Notes under the pieces: generated by a model
The model's database searches: none
What the model was told of the DNA's origin: nothing
What the model saw: only the letters and a program-made list of their open reading frames with translations
From: an uncultured Desulfarculus sp.
GTDB lineage: Bacteria; Desulfobacterota; Desulfarculia; Desulfarculales; Desulfarculaceae
DNA length: 64,000 bases
Assembly (NCBI GenBank): GCA_963665125.2
Contig: CAXXUK010000002.1
Span: forward strand, 32,001 to 96,000
Direction: 5' to 3'
In this document: piece after piece, positions 1 to 11,327 of the stretch
Position numbering within the stretch: the first letter of the stretch is position 1
How the letters are laid out: each line of letters starts with the position of its first letter
Program-made: the position numbers and the translations under genes

Positions 1-750
1 CTTGGGCGCGAAGGGCCTGCCCTTCAGATAATCGAATGTCACCTGGTCCGGGGCGATGAGCCCGGCCTTGGCCCCGCATTCGACGCTCATGTTGCACAGG
101 GTCATGCGGCCTTCCATGGTCAGACTCTGCACTGCCGGTCCCATGTATTCCACCAGATGGCCCGTGCCGCCGCCCGCGCCGATCTTGCGGATAAAGGCCA
201 GGACCATGTCCTTGGCGTAAAGGCCGGCGGGAAGTTCGCCCACGAAGCGCACGGCCATGCTCTTGGGTTTGGCCTGGGGCAGGGTCTGGGTGGCCAGGAT
301 ATGCTCCACCTCGCTGGTGCCGATGCCGAAGGCCAGGGCCCCGAAAGCGCCGTGGGTGGCCGTGTGGCTGTCGCCGCAGAACACCGTGTTGCCGGGCAGG
401 ATGATGCCCTGCTCGGGCATTACGGCATGGATAACGCCCTGGCGGATGTCGTCCATGCCGAAATAGGTGATGCCGAAATCAACGGCGTTGCGCTCCAGGG
501 CGCTGAGCTGGGCCTCGGCGATGTCGTCGGCCAGGGGCCGGGCGCGGTTGTCGGTGGGCACCACATGGTCGCACACGCCGAAGGTCAGCTCGGGCCGCCG
601 CACCTTGCGCCCGGCCAGGCGCAGGCCCTCATAGGCCTGGGGCGATGTGACTTCGTGGCACAGGTGCCGGTCCACGTAAAGCAGGTCCGGCTTTCCCGGC
701 TCCTGCATCACCACATGGGCATCCCATATCTTGTCGATCAGTGTCGGCAT
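1..750 (-). CDS. leuC: 3-isopropylmalate dehydratase large subunit, 5' part (runs off window start)
   Basis: Manual translation from ATG at 750: [14 protein letters not shown]...[22 protein letters not shown], the typical LeuC N-terminus; lies downstream of ilvC. Confidence 0.95.
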   Translation of the reverse strand, partial: MPTLIDKIWDAHVVMQEPGKPDLLYVDRHLCHEVTSPQAYEGLRLAGRKVRRPELTFGVCDHVVPTDNRARPLADDIAEAQLSALERNAVDFGITYFGMDDIRQGVIHAVMPEQGIILPGNTVFCGDSHTATHGAFGALAFGIGTSEVEHILATQTLPQAKPKSMAVRFVGELPAGLYAKDMVLAFIRKIGAGGGTGHLVEYMGPAVQSLTMEGRMTLCNMSVECGAKAGLIAPDQVTFDYLKGRPFAPK

Positions 751-953
751 AGTCTCTAATCCAAGGGCAAGGCAAAATTAATCGCCGCTGGCCGCGCTAA
801 TTACCGGCCCGGCCACAGCGGTCGGTATTCATTCAGATGATTTGCTGAAGCGTTATCCGAAAATAGCCCCAAGCCCCTCGGTATTCAAGAAAATAACGCC
901 GGGGGGCTAAGGCCGGGGCAGGCCCGCGCGCAGGCCCGCCCCAAGAGGCATGC

Positions 954-1943
<990 letters not shown>

Positions 1944-1956
1944 TATCGTTTTCTCC

Positions 1957-2535
1957 TCAATTATTCTGGTAGAGATTGTAAGTTCCCTGGGGATCTTCGT
2001 CCGGGTCCGGCACATAGGCGCTGCCAGCGCCTTCCATGCCTTCTTTAATGGAGCGGTCCCTGGCCAGCACGATCTGGCCGGTGCGGGCCACCTCCATAAT
2101 GCCATAAGGTTTCAAATTGTCTATCATGGCCTCGACCTTGTTGCGGTTCCCGGCCACCTCGATAATCATGCAGCGGTTGTCCACGTGGTCCACGTTGGCC
2201 CGGAACACATCCACCAGTTGCAGGATTTGGGTCCTTTGCTCAGGCGTGGCCTTAACCTTGATCAGGGCCAGGCCGCGCTCCACCCTGGGCTGCTGGGACT
2301 GGTCGCGGACCTTGATCACGCTGACCAGCCGCCTGAGCTGCTTGGCCGCCTGATCCACGGTGTGGTGGTCGCCGCCCACCACCACGGTGATGCGGCTGAC
2401 CTGGGGATCTTCGGTCTCGCCCACGGCCAGGCTGGTGATGTTGAAGCCCCGGCGGGCGAACAGACCGGCCACCCTGGCCAAAACACCGGGCTCGTTGCGC
2501 ACCAGAACGCTGATCGGGTAGTACTGTTCGCTCAT
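1957..2535 (-). CDS. ilvN: acetolactate synthase small (regulatory) subunit
   Basis: ACT domain [26 protein letters not shown] and EVARTG; ATGA overlap with ilvB stop. Confidence 0.95.
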   Translation of the reverse strand: MSEQYYPISVLVRNEPGVLARVAGLFARRGFNITSLAVGETEDPQVSRITVVVGGDHHTVDQAAKQLRRLVSVIKVRDQSQQPRVERGLALIKVKATPEQRTQILQLVDVFRANVDHVDNRCMIIEVAGNRNKVEAMIDNLKPYGIMEVARTGQIVLARDRSIKEGMEGAGSAYVPDPDEDPQGTYNLYQNN

Positions 2536-4286
2536 TTGCACTCTCCGCTCTTGCAGGGGATGAACTCGGCGTTGGCTCCGCCCGGCGGCACCATGGGCAG
2601 CACCTCGGCTTCGCGCTCGATCATCACATCCAAGACCACCGGCAGCTTGTTGTCCTTGGCCGCGGCCAGGGCCCACTCCAGGGCCGGAACAAACTCGGAG
2701 GGCTTTTCCACCCGGCGGCCCATGGCCCCGAAGGCCTCGGCGACCTTGTCATAGGGCGGCACTGCCGTTTCGGACTGGCTCATGCGCTTGTCAAAGAACA
2801 TCCGCTGCCACTGGGCCACCATGCCCAGCCAGGCGTTGTTGAGGACGATTGCCACCAGGGGCACCCGGTAGCGCACTGCCGTGGCCAACTCCTGGATGTT
2901 CATCAAAAACGAGCCGTCGCCGTCAAAGCAGACCACATGCTTGTCCTGGGCGCCCATCTGAGCCCCGATGGCCGCGGGCAGGCCGAAACCCATGGTGCCC
3001 AGGCCGCCGCTGCTGATCAGGGTGCGGGGCTTGGTGAACGGGTAATACTGGGCCACCATCATCTGGTGCTGGCCAACGCCGGTGACCACGATGTCGTCGG
3101 ACGAGAGCAGCTTTGCCGTTTCCTGGATGGCCCACTGGGGAGCGATGATGCCTTCGCTCTGGGGATAGACCATGGGGTATTTGGCCTTCCAGCCGTCGAT
3201 CTGTTTGAGCCAGGCCGCGGTGTCGGGCTTTTCCTCCCATTGCCGGGCCCCGGCCAGCATCTGCATGAGCACCTGTCCGGCGTCGCCCACCACGCCCACG
3301 TCGCAGTGCATGTTTTTGCCCATCTCCGAAGCGTCGATGTCGATATGGACGATCTTGGCCGAAGGCGCGAAGCGCTGCACATTGCCGGTGACGCGGTCGT
3401 CCAGGCGGCAGCCGGTGACGATGAGCACGTCGGAGTTGTAGATCGACAGGTTGGCGTATCCCGTGCCGTGCATGCCGGGCATGCCCAGGTCGAGCCTGTG
3501 TCCCGCCGGGAAGGCCCCCAGGCCCATCAGGGTGGTGGTCACCGGGATGTTTAAAAGCTCGGCGAACTCCAGCAGATGCTTGTGACCGCTGGCGTGGATA
3601 ATGCCGCCGCCGGCCAGGATGCAGGGCCGTTTGGCCTTTTGGATAACCTGCAAGGCCCGCTCCACCTGCAGGGGATGGCCCTTGAAGGGGGGCTTGTAGC
3701 CGGTGGGCGGCAGGGGCGTGGCCTGACGGCGTTCGCACTCGCTGACGGCCACGTCCCGGGGCAGGTCGATGAGCACAGGGCCGGGCCTGCCGCTCAGGGC
3801 CACGTAAAAGGCCTCGGCAAAGACCTCGGGCAGCTCGTCGGCGCTCTGCACCTGATAGTTGTGCTTGGTGATGGGCATGGTGATGCCGCGCATGTCGGCT
3901 TCCTGGAAGGCGTCGTTGCCTAACAGGCTGGTGCCCACCTGGCCGGTGATGGCCACCAGGGGCGTCGAGTCCATGAAGGCGTCGGCCAGGCCGGTGACCA
4001 GGTTCGTCGCGCCGGGGCCGCTGGTGGTCATGACCACGCCGGGCTTGCCCGTGGCCCGGGCATAGCCTTCGGCCATGTGGGCCGCGCCCTGCTCATGGCC
4101 CACCAAAACGTGGCCAAAGCAGCGGTGACGGTAAAGGGCGTCGTAAACGGGCATGATCTGTCCGCCGACCATACCGAAGATCAGTTCCACGCCTTGGGCG
4201 CGCAGGGCGTCGACAACCGCGTCGGCGCCGGTGTATGGGGTACCGGTCATTTGTTTCGCTCCGGTTTGGGCTGCTGAGGTGCTCAT
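2532..4286 (-). CDS. ilvB: acetolactate synthase large subunit
   Basis: HEQGAAHMAEGYARATG, TSGPGATN, TPP-binding GDGSFLMNIQEL...NN. Confidence 0.97.
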   Translation of the reverse strand: MSTSAAQTGAKQMTGTPYTGADAVVDALRAQGVELIFGMVGGQIMPVYDALYRHRCFGHVLVGHEQGAAHMAEGYARATGKPGVVMTTSGPGATNLVTGLADAFMDSTPLVAITGQVGTSLLGNDAFQEADMRGITMPITKHNYQVQSADELPEVFAEAFYVALSGRPGPVLIDLPRDVAVSECERRQATPLPPTGYKPPFKGHPLQVERALQVIQKAKRPCILAGGGIIHASGHKHLLEFAELLNIPVTTTLMGLGAFPAGHRLDLGMPGMHGTGYANLSIYNSDVLIVTGCRLDDRVTGNVQRFAPSAKIVHIDIDASEMGKNMHCDVGVVGDAGQVLMQMLAGARQWEEKPDTAAWLKQIDGWKAKYPMVYPQSEGIIAPQWAIQETAKLLSSDDIVVTGVGQHQMMVAQYYPFTKPRTLISSGGLGTMGFGLPAAIGAQMGAQDKHVVCFDGDGSFLMNIQELATAVRYRVPLVAIVLNNAWLGMVAQWQRMFFDKRMSQSETAVPPYDKVAEAFGAMGRRVEKPSEFVPALEWALAAAKDNKLPVVLDVMIEREAEVLPMVPPGGANAEFIPCKSGECK

Positions 4287-5972
4287 TTATTTATCGCTCT
4301 TTTCAAAGGGGTCGCGCATGACCGCGCCGCTGGCGGCGCTGGTGACGCCGGCCGCGTAACGGGCCAGGGCCCCGCTGGTAAACTTGGGTTTGGGCGGCTG
4401 CCAGTTCCGGCGGCGCTTTTCCAATTCCTCGCCACTGACATCCAGCTCCAGCTTGCGGGCCGGGATGTCGATGCTGATGATGTCGCCGTCTTGGATCAGG
4501 GCCATCAGGCCGCCCTGGGCCGCCTCGGGGCTGACATGGCCGATGGCCGCGCCCCGGCTGCCGCCGCTGAAACGGCCGTCGGTGATCAGGGCCACCTTGC
4601 CGTCCAGATCTCCACCCGAAATAAGGGCCGTCAGGGCCAGCATCTCGCGCATGCCGGGGCCTCCGGCAGGCCCCTCGTAGCGTACAATGACCACTTCGCC
4701 CTCTTTGATACCCCCGGCGTTATAGGCCTCGATGGCCGCTTCCTCGCGGTCGAAGCAATGGGCCGGGCCGGAGTGGCGCATCATCTCCGGGGCCACGGCG
4801 GTCTGCTTAACCACCGCTCCCTGGGGAGCCAGGTTGCCCATGAGCACCGCGATGCCGCCCTGGTCGTGCACCGGCTCGTCCATGGTGTGGATGATGCGCA
4901 TGCCGCCGGCCTCCAAGTTGGAGATTTCACCGGCAAGGTAATCGGCGATATAGCCGCCCACGGCCTTGCAGGAGGTGTTGATCACCGGCTCCAGGGCCTT
5001 CATCACCGCGCCGATGCCCCCGGCCACGTGCAGGTGCTCCAGGCGCATGGGGCCGCCGGGGCTCATAGAGGCCAGGTGCGGAGTTTGCCGCGAAAGCCGG
5101 TCAAAGTCGGCCAGGCCGAATTTCACCTTGGCCTCGTGGGCGATTGCCGGCAGGTGCAGGGCCGTATTGGTGCTGCCGCCCAGGGCCAGGTCCACCAGGC
5201 AGGCGTTTTCAAAGGCCGCCGCGGTCATGATGGCCGAAGGGCGCAGATCGGCGGCCACCACGTCCAGGATGGCCTTGCCGCTCTGATAGGCGATTTTTTT
5301 CTTGTCGTCACTTATGGCCAGGGCGCAGGCGCAGCCGGGCAGGCTCATGCCCAGGGCCTCGGTTATGCAGGCCATGGTGTTGGCCGTGAACATGCCCGAG
5401 CATGATCCGGCGCCGGGGCAGGCGCAGGCCTCCAGGTCGGAAAGCTGGGCCTCGGTCCACTGGCCCGAAGCCACCTTGGCCACGCCCTCGAAGACCGTGA
5501 TCAGGTCGACCATGTTGCCTTCGTGGCGTCCGGCGGCCATGGGCCCGCCGGTGACCATGATGGCCGGAATATCCAGGCGGGCGGCGGCCATGAGCATGCC
5601 GGGGACGATCTTGTCGCAGCTGGCCAAAAGCACGATGCCGTCAAAGCAGTGGGCCCGGGCCATCAACTCCACGCTGTCGGCCACGATCTCCCGGCTGGGC
5701 AGAGACGCGTGCATGCCGTCGTGGCCCATGGCCAGGCCGTCGCAGATGCCGATGGTGTTGAATTCCATGGGCGTGCCGCCTGCATCGCGGATGCCGCGCT
5801 TGACATCGGCGGCCAGCTTGTCCAGGTGGATATGACCCGGAACTACCTCGTTGAAGGAATTGGCAATGCCGATCAGCGGCTTTGCAATGGCCGCGTCATC
5901 CAGGCCCATGGCCTTTAGCAGGCTGCGCTGGGGAGCGCGGGCAACACCTTGTTTGACCTTGTCGCTACGCAT
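4287..5972 (-). CDS. ilvD: dihydroxy-acid dehydratase
   Basis: [42 protein letters not shown]. Confidence 0.97.
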   Translation of the reverse strand: MRSDKVKQGVARAPQRSLLKAMGLDDAAIAKPLIGIANSFNEVVPGHIHLDKLAADVKRGIRDAGGTPMEFNTIGICDGLAMGHDGMHASLPSREIVADSVELMARAHCFDGIVLLASCDKIVPGMLMAAARLDIPAIMVTGGPMAAGRHEGNMVDLITVFEGVAKVASGQWTEAQLSDLEACACPGAGSCSGMFTANTMACITEALGMSLPGCACALAISDDKKKIAYQSGKAILDVVAADLRPSAIMTAAAFENACLVDLALGGSTNTALHLPAIAHEAKVKFGLADFDRLSRQTPHLASMSPGGPMRLEHLHVAGGIGAVMKALEPVINTSCKAVGGYIADYLAGEISNLEAGGMRIIHTMDEPVHDQGGIAVLMGNLAPQGAVVKQTAVAPEMMRHSGPAHCFDREEAAIEAYNAGGIKEGEVVIVRYEGPAGGPGMREMLALTALISGGDLDGKVALITDGRFSGGSRGAAIGHVSPEAAQGGLMALIQDGDIISIDIPARKLELDVSGEELEKRRRNWQPPKPKFTSGALARYAAGVTSAASGAVMRDPFEKSDK

Positions 5973-6098
5973 CTTTAGTGCTCTTCCGAGCCGACCGGCG
6001 CTAATGAAAACACACAGCTCAATACCGGAACACCGGTTTGCCGATCTCGCTCTATATAATTAAATTTTTAAAAACTGAGTTTGTTTTGGGTTCGGCCT

Positions 6099-6239
6099 CT
6101 ATAGAGGCAGAATAATTACTACGCGGGATACTCGTACGGAGGATAGGAGGCCGGAGAAGGGAGCGGACAGGGATGTGGATTGTTGGACCTGTTTTCGGTC
6201 CGGCCAATTTCGTTGTGCAGATGCATCTGGGCGCATCAT
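6099..6239 (-). CDS. putative ilv/leu operon leader (attenuator) peptide, 46 aa
   Basis: MMRPDASAQRNWPDRKQVQQSTSLSAPFSGLLSSVRVSRVVIILPL*; GGAGGA RBS 7 nt upstream; L/V/I cluster at the C-terminus; directly upstream of ilvD. Confidence 0.75.
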   Translation of the reverse strand: MMRPDASAQRNWPDRKQVQQSTSLSAPFSGLLSSVRVSRVVIILPL

Positions 6240-6275
6240 CGCTGTATCCTCCGATAGCAAATAGTGATTATTGGT

Positions 6276-6304
6276 GCATTAACATGACCATTGGGTACTG
6301 TCAA
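6276..6304 (-). promoter_or_regulatory. putative sigma70 promoter of the ilv leader/operon
   Basis: TTGACA-17 nt-TAATGC with a TGn extension on the minus strand. Confidence 0.5.
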
Positions 6305-6422
6305 TACACCGATGCGGACAAAACGCAAATTTACGCAAATTGTGCGTTTTGTCCGCTTGCATTTGTTGTTGTCCACCGGCTGGACGCCGGGTCAAACTAG
6401 CGGTTGATCCGTTTGTCGCGCC

Positions 6423-6785
6423 CTATTTCGGAGAACTAATGTTAAACATTTTAAGTTCGTTGCCACACTTAAAGATGGGCCAGGAACGTTCCAAGCAGTT
6501 GGATCCCCCCATGGCATGGCAAGCGCTTCTTTCACAAGAGGCTGTGTCGTCTCGTTTGCTGAATTTGGCGATGACTACAAACAAGCCCTCCATGGTGGTC
6601 CATTTGCCACTGATCTCCGCAGCCGCGTCGTATTGGGCAGAATCCGCTTTGCTCAAGGTCATGGAGTACGCCTGGGTTAAGCACAGGGTCTTGGCGATTG
6701 TATTGCCCAACCCGTCGGCGGCGGCCGCCGTGGCCCAAAGGCCCAGCGCCACAACTATCGCTAACAACGTGAGAAACCGTTTCAT
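6423..6785 (-). CDS. secreted 4-Cys small protein, paralog 1 (unknown family)
   Basis: Signal peptide MKRFLTLL...ATAAAA; AAGGAG RBS; clear homology to the next two ORFs. Confidence 0.85.
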   Translation of the reverse strand: MKRFLTLLAIVVALGLWATAAAADGLGNTIAKTLCLTQAYSMTLSKADSAQYDAAAEISGKWTTMEGLFVVIAKFSKRDDTASCERSACHAMGGSNCLERSWPIFKCGNELKMFNISSPK

Positions 6786-6904
6786 TATCCAGCGCTCCTT
6801 GGCTCTCATGATTACCGATGAAATGGCCGCCCGTTGGGTGGCGGCCATTGTCGGGGCCATTCTCAAAAATGGTCCGGCTTGGCGTTCGATCAGCCTGCCG
6901 CGTC

Positions 6905-7267
6905 CTATTCGACCCAAGGAGCAGAGTTCTTATTTTTAAGCACGTTGCCGTTTTTTTCGATGGCCCAGGACTTTGCCGGGCAGTTGAGTTCGGTGGCTTT
7001 GCAAACGCTTCTTTCGCAAGAGGCCGAGCCGTCTCGTTTGCCGAACCTGGCAGTAATTACCTTCGTGCTCTCCATGGTGATGTACTGGCCGGTGATCACC
7101 GAAGCCGCATCGTATCGGGCCGAGTCGGCATCGCTTAGGGTGATGGATGCCGCTAGGGTATGGCACAGGGTCCTGGCGATCATGTCGCCAAAATCATTGG
7201 CGGCCGCTGCCGTGGCCCCAAGGCCCAGCGCCGCCAACACCACGAACAACGTAAGATACCGTTTCAT
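6905..7267 (-). CDS. secreted 4-Cys small protein, paralog 2
   Basis: Signal peptide; shares IAxxLC, SAxYDA, CExSxC and WxIxKxGNxLK with its neighbours. Confidence 0.85.
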   Translation of the reverse strand: MKRYLTLFVVLAALGLGATAAAANDFGDMIARTLCHTLAASITLSDADSARYDAASVITGQYITMESTKVITARFGKRDGSASCERSVCKATELNCPAKSWAIEKNGNVLKNKNSAPWVE

Positions 7268-7441
7268 TATCCAGCGCTCCTTTTATCGCACTGTTACAGG
7301 TGAAGTGGCCTCCCGTTGGGTCATGGCCGATAGAGTCCCGGTTATAGCCGTAGGTCAATGTTTGTAGAATATTGCCGTTTTTCTAGACATTCCACCCCGT
7401 CGCCTTGCAATTGGTGTTGTCCGCCAGGCAAAGCGTATGCT

Positions 7442-7804
7442 TTATTCGGTGCCGCTGAATGTGGTCCTTTTGAGCATGTTGCCTTCTTTGGCAATGGGCC
7501 AGGCCGAGGCCGGACAATCGCCGCCTCCTGGATGGCAACTGCTTTTTTCACAGGCAGCTGAATTGGTGGTCTTAATGAACTTGGCCGTGACTATCGCGCC
7601 GTTTTTCTCGATTCGGTATTGGCCGACAAACGTCTCTGTTGCGTCGTATTGGGCCGACTCGCTGTCGCTGAGGACCACAGACTCGGCCCCGGTGAGGCAA
7701 AGGCGCTGGGCGATCTTTTCGCCGAGAGAGTCGGCCAGGGCCGGAGCCGCACTCAGGCAAACCACGGCCAGGGCAAAGATTGTTGCGAATGTCTTTTTCA
7801 TCAT
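7442..7804 (-). CDS. secreted 4-Cys small protein, paralog 3
   Basis: Signal peptide MKKTFATIFALAVVCLSAAPALA; same conserved motifs; starts just after the vWA gene stop. Confidence 0.85.
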   Translation of the reverse strand: MMKKTFATIFALAVVCLSAAPALADSLGEKIAQRLCLTGAESVVLSDSESAQYDATETFVGQYRIEKNGAIVTAKFIKTTNSAACEKSSCHPGGGDCPASAWPIAKEGNMLKRTTFSGTE

Positions 7805-7821
7805 GGTCTCCAAAACTTTAG

Positions 7822-10659
7822 TTATTCAGCCGGTGAAGCGGCCTTGATTTCGATTTTCTTCGCATCCAGGACCTTGTTGCCGGGGCGCAGGACATAGCGC
7901 ACTTCATATTGCCCCGGATTTTTCGGGGCCCGCAGCTTGACCGGATTGCCCCTGGATGTGTTGGCGTAGTGCACATAGGCCCCTTGGCTCTGATCGGGAC
8001 GGGCGATGGTGATAAGGTCGCCCCGGTTGCCCGGCCCCTGCCAGCTCACCTCGAACTGGCTGTCGGCCTCCGCTGATTCAGGAGGTGTTACCGTGGCACT
8101 GACGGCCTTGATTTCGATGGTGGTTTTGGCCAGGATCTTGGAGCCCTGACCCAGGATGTAGCGGACCTCGTATGTGCCGGGGTCTGATGGAGCCCTGAGC
8201 TTCAGCGGATTGCCTTTGCCGGTGTAGGTGTAGCCGACATAGCTGCCGCCACCCTGGTCTGGCCGGGCTATTGAAATGGAGTCGTGTTTGTTGTCCGGAC
8301 CGGTCCAGGTTACGTCGAATTCCGAGGCCACGTCCGCCGACTGCGGAGCCTGAACCGTGGCGCTGACGGCCTTGATTTCGATGGTGGTCTTGGCCAGGAT
8401 CTTGGAGCCCTGACCCAGGATGTAGCGGACCTCGTATGTGCCGGGGTCTGATGGAGCCCTGAGCTTCAGCGGATTGCCTTTGCCGGTGTAGGTGTAGCCG
8501 ACATAGCTGCCGCCACCCTGGTCTGGCCGGGCTATTGAGATGGAGTCGTGTTTGTTGTCCGGACCGGTCCAGGTTACGTCGAATTCCGAGGCCACGTCCG
8601 CCGACTGCGGAGCCTGAACCGTGGCGCTGACGGCCTTGATTTCGATGGTGGTCTTGGCCAGGATCTTGGAGCCCTGACCCAGGATGTAGCGGACCTCGTA
8701 TGTGCCGGGGTCTGATGGAGCCCTGAGCTTCAGCGGATTGCCTTTGCCGGTGTAAGTGTAGCCGACATAGCTGCCGCCACCCTGGTCTGGCCGGGCTATT
8801 GAGATGGAGTCGTGCTTGTTGTCCGGACCGGTCCAGGTTACGTCGAATTCCGAGGCCACGTCCGCCGACTGCGGAGCCTGGACGGTCGCGGATACGGCCT
8901 TGATTTCGATGGTGGTTTTGGCCAGGATCTTGGAGCCCTGACCCAGGATGTAGCGGACCTCGTATGTGCCGGGGTCTGATGGAGCCCTGAGCTTCAGCGG
9001 ATTGCCTTTGCCGGTGTAGGTGTAGCCGACATAGCTGCCGCCACCCTGGTCTGGCCGGGCTATTGAGATGGAGTCGTGCTTGTTGTCCGGACCGGTCCAG
9101 GTTACGTCGAATTCCGAGGCCACGTCCGCCGACTGCGGAGCCTGTACCGTGGCGCTGACGGCCTTGATTTCGATGGTGGTTTTGGCCAGGATCTTGGAGC
9201 CCTGACCCAGGATGTAGCGGACCTCGTATGTGCCGGGGTCTGATGGAGCCCTGAGCTTCAGCGGATTGCCTTTGCCGGTGTAGGTGTAGCCGACATAGCT
9301 GCCGCCACCCTGGTCTGGCCGGGCTATTGAGATGGAGTCGTGCTTGTTGTCCGGACCGGTCCAGGTTACGTCGAATTCCGAGGCCACGTCCGCCGACTGC
9401 GGAGCCTGAACCGTGGCGCTGACGGCCTTGATTTCGATGGTGGTCTTGGCCAGGATCTTGGAGCCCTGACCCAGGATGTAGCGGACCTCGTATGTGCCGG
9501 GGTCTGATGGAGCCCTGAGCTTCAGCGGATTGCCTTTGCCGGTGTAAGTGTAGCCGACATAGCTGCCGCCACCCTGGTCTGGCCGGGCTATTGAGATGAA
9601 ATCGGACTTGTAATCCGGTCCGGTCCAAGTCACCTCGAACTCGGTGGCCACGTCTGCCGACTGCGGGGCTTGCACCGTGGCCTCCACCGGGGTTATCTGG
9701 ATATCAGCCCTGGCCAACACTTTTCTGGTGTGGCCGTGGATGTAGCGCAGTTCATAAGCACCCTCTTGGCTGGGCGCGATCAGCTTGGCCGGGTCGCCAA
9801 ATTTGGTATAGGCGTAGTTGCCGTGTCGGCTGTCTTCTGATCCCTTGGGGACGATGGAGACAACATCGCCGCGGCTGTCGGGGCCCTTCCACGACACCTC
9901 GAAGGAGCTGGCCACGGGAGCCTGGGCCGGTCCGCTGATTTCAGCGGTGCCGGGGTCTTCCACAACCGGTGCTGGCGGTTCCTTGGCCTTTTCCACGGTC
10001 TGGTTCAGGGCGTCGCGTAGTGAAGCGGCGTCATCGGCGGCCAGGAACAGGCCCCCGGTCTGGTCGGCTAGACAGCGCAGGCGGTCCTGGTCGCCCTTGG
10101 ACAGGCCGAATCCGACGACATGCACCGAAAAGTCAACACCGGTCCGGGCAAGTTCGGCGGCCAGCTGGCAGGGATCAATGTTGCAGGTCTCCAGTCCGTC
10201 GCTGACCAGGATCACCGTGGCCCGCCTTTCGGTGTAGCGCAGGGCTTGGGCCGCCTGCTTGACAGCCGCGCTCAAGGGAGTCTTGCCCTTGGGTTGAATG
10301 GCCTCGACTTTCACCTTCATTGCCGATGGGTTGTGGGGCCCCAGGGGCATGACCGTCTCTATATCGTCGCAGTCGCCCTTGCGGCGGTGGCCGTAGACGA
10401 TGAGCCCCGTCTCGAAACCTGCGGGCATGTTGTCGATCAGATCGGCCATGACTTCCTTGGCAATGGTTATCTTGGCCTTGCCGTCGATCTGGCCCCACAT
10501 GGAGCCCGAGGCGTCCAGGACGAAAATCACGCTGGAGGGATCGTTGGCCTTTGGCGCCGCCAAGGCCGAGAAGCAAAAAGCCGCCAGCGTGAAAACAAGG
10601 CATAATGCAACAGATAACAGAGTCGATTTTTTACAAAAAACGCGCGGACTTCGGATCAT
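7822..10659 (-). CDS. secreted vWA-domain protein with eight tandem ~88-aa beta-rich (Ig-like) repeats
   Basis: Signal peptide; MIDAS motif DASGSM, KTPL, VSDGLETC; repeated module VTWTGP...GTYEVRY; start codon uncertain (10659, 10665 or 10704). Confidence 0.9.
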   Translation of the reverse strand: MIRSPRVFCKKSTLLSVALCLVFTLAAFCFSALAAPKANDPSSVIFVLDASGSMWGQIDGKAKITIAKEVMADLIDNMPAGFETGLIVYGHRRKGDCDDIETVMPLGPHNPSAMKVKVEAIQPKGKTPLSAAVKQAAQALRYTERRATVILVSDGLETCNIDPCQLAAELARTGVDFSVHVVGFGLSKGDQDRLRCLADQTGGLFLAADDAASLRDALNQTVEKAKEPPAPVVEDPGTAEISGPAQAPVASSFEVSWKGPDSRGDVVSIVPKGSEDSRHGNYAYTKFGDPAKLIAPSQEGAYELRYIHGHTRKVLARADIQITPVEATVQAPQSADVATEFEVTWTGPDYKSDFISIARPDQGGGSYVGYTYTGKGNPLKLRAPSDPGTYEVRYILGQGSKILAKTTIEIKAVSATVQAPQSADVASEFDVTWTGPDNKHDSISIARPDQGGGSYVGYTYTGKGNPLKLRAPSDPGTYEVRYILGQGSKILAKTTIEIKAVSATVQAPQSADVASEFDVTWTGPDNKHDSISIARPDQGGGSYVGYTYTGKGNPLKLRAPSDPGTYEVRYILGQGSKILAKTTIEIKAVSATVQAPQSADVASEFDVTWTGPDNKHDSISIARPDQGGGSYVGYTYTGKGNPLKLRAPSDPGTYEVRYILGQGSKILAKTTIEIKAVSATVQAPQSADVASEFDVTWTGPDNKHDSISIARPDQGGGSYVGYTYTGKGNPLKLRAPSDPGTYEVRYILGQGSKILAKTTIEIKAVSATVQAPQSADVASEFDVTWTGPDNKHDSISIARPDQGGGSYVGYTYTGKGNPLKLRAPSDPGTYEVRYILGQGSKILAKTTIEIKAVSATVTPPESAEADSQFEVSWQGPGNRGDLITIARPDQSQGAYVHYANTSRGNPVKLRAPKNPGQYEVRYVLRPGNKVLDAKKIEIKAASPAE
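8101..9684. repeat. intragenic tandem repeat, 264-bp unit x6 (five nearly identical, one partly diverged)
   Basis: Unit starts at 8101, 8365, 8629, 8893, 9157 and 9421; encodes an 88-aa module. Confidence 0.95.
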
Positions 10660-10933
10660 GATCATCCTCGGAGCCTGATTGGAATTTTTTGGGTCGACCC
10701 GCAAAGGCGGGAGATTAACTTTTTGTAATTAGAGCATAATTTACAAGACAATGGAATAGACACATTTATGGAAAACGTTGGGATATCATCAGGTGAAAAT
10801 GTTTCCATAACTTATTGAAAATATGGTGGTTAGGAGAATGGTCTCCTGGTGCGCGGAAGTAATCAATCCCACCGTCAGCGGAGAACTTCAATAGGCGGCC
10901 CGTGGCTAACCAATCTAACTGTTTAATGGGCTG

Positions 10934-11245
10934 CTACTCAGAGGCTTCCGGGACCTTTTCCACGCCGATATAGATCAGCTTGGGGCTTGCCAGTTTGACC
11001 TTGGCGATGCGCCAGCCGTTGTCGGCCAGGATTCGGTGCAGGGAGTAGTGGTAATAGGTGACCGATTCGTCTTTTTTATTGGGCGGCTCCCGGAATACGC
11101 ATGAGACCACATCCGGCGCGAAGCACACCTCGGAGTTGTCGGCCCCGGGTGAGGACGAAACCAGGGTCATCAGCCCCGCGCCCAAGGCAAGCGCGGTCAA
11201 ACAACCCAGGAAAAACGACTTCAGGTGTAGGGTCATGGCCAACAT
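10934..11245 (-). CDS. hypothetical exported/membrane-anchored protein
   Basis: N-terminal hydrophobic segment LKSFFLGCLTALALGAGL; fills the gap co-directionally. Confidence 0.6.
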   Translation of the reverse strand: MLAMTLHLKSFFLGCLTALALGAGLMTLVSSSPGADNSEVCFAPDVVSCVFREPPNKKDESVTYYHYSLHRILADNGWRIAKVKLASPKLIYIGVEKVPEASE

Positions 11246-11327
11246 CCCATCAGTGGTTAACGGGCATTTATTCCGTAATATCAGGCTAGCATGACCTGTA
11301 GTTTCTTCCAGTATAGAAAATGGTGCG

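Noticed and set aside
8078..9628. 516-aa alternative-frame repetitive ORF; the array might also be mistaken for CRISPR
   Set aside because: Shadow frame of the 264-bp coding repeat; the units are contiguous with no unique spacers, and no cas genes are present.
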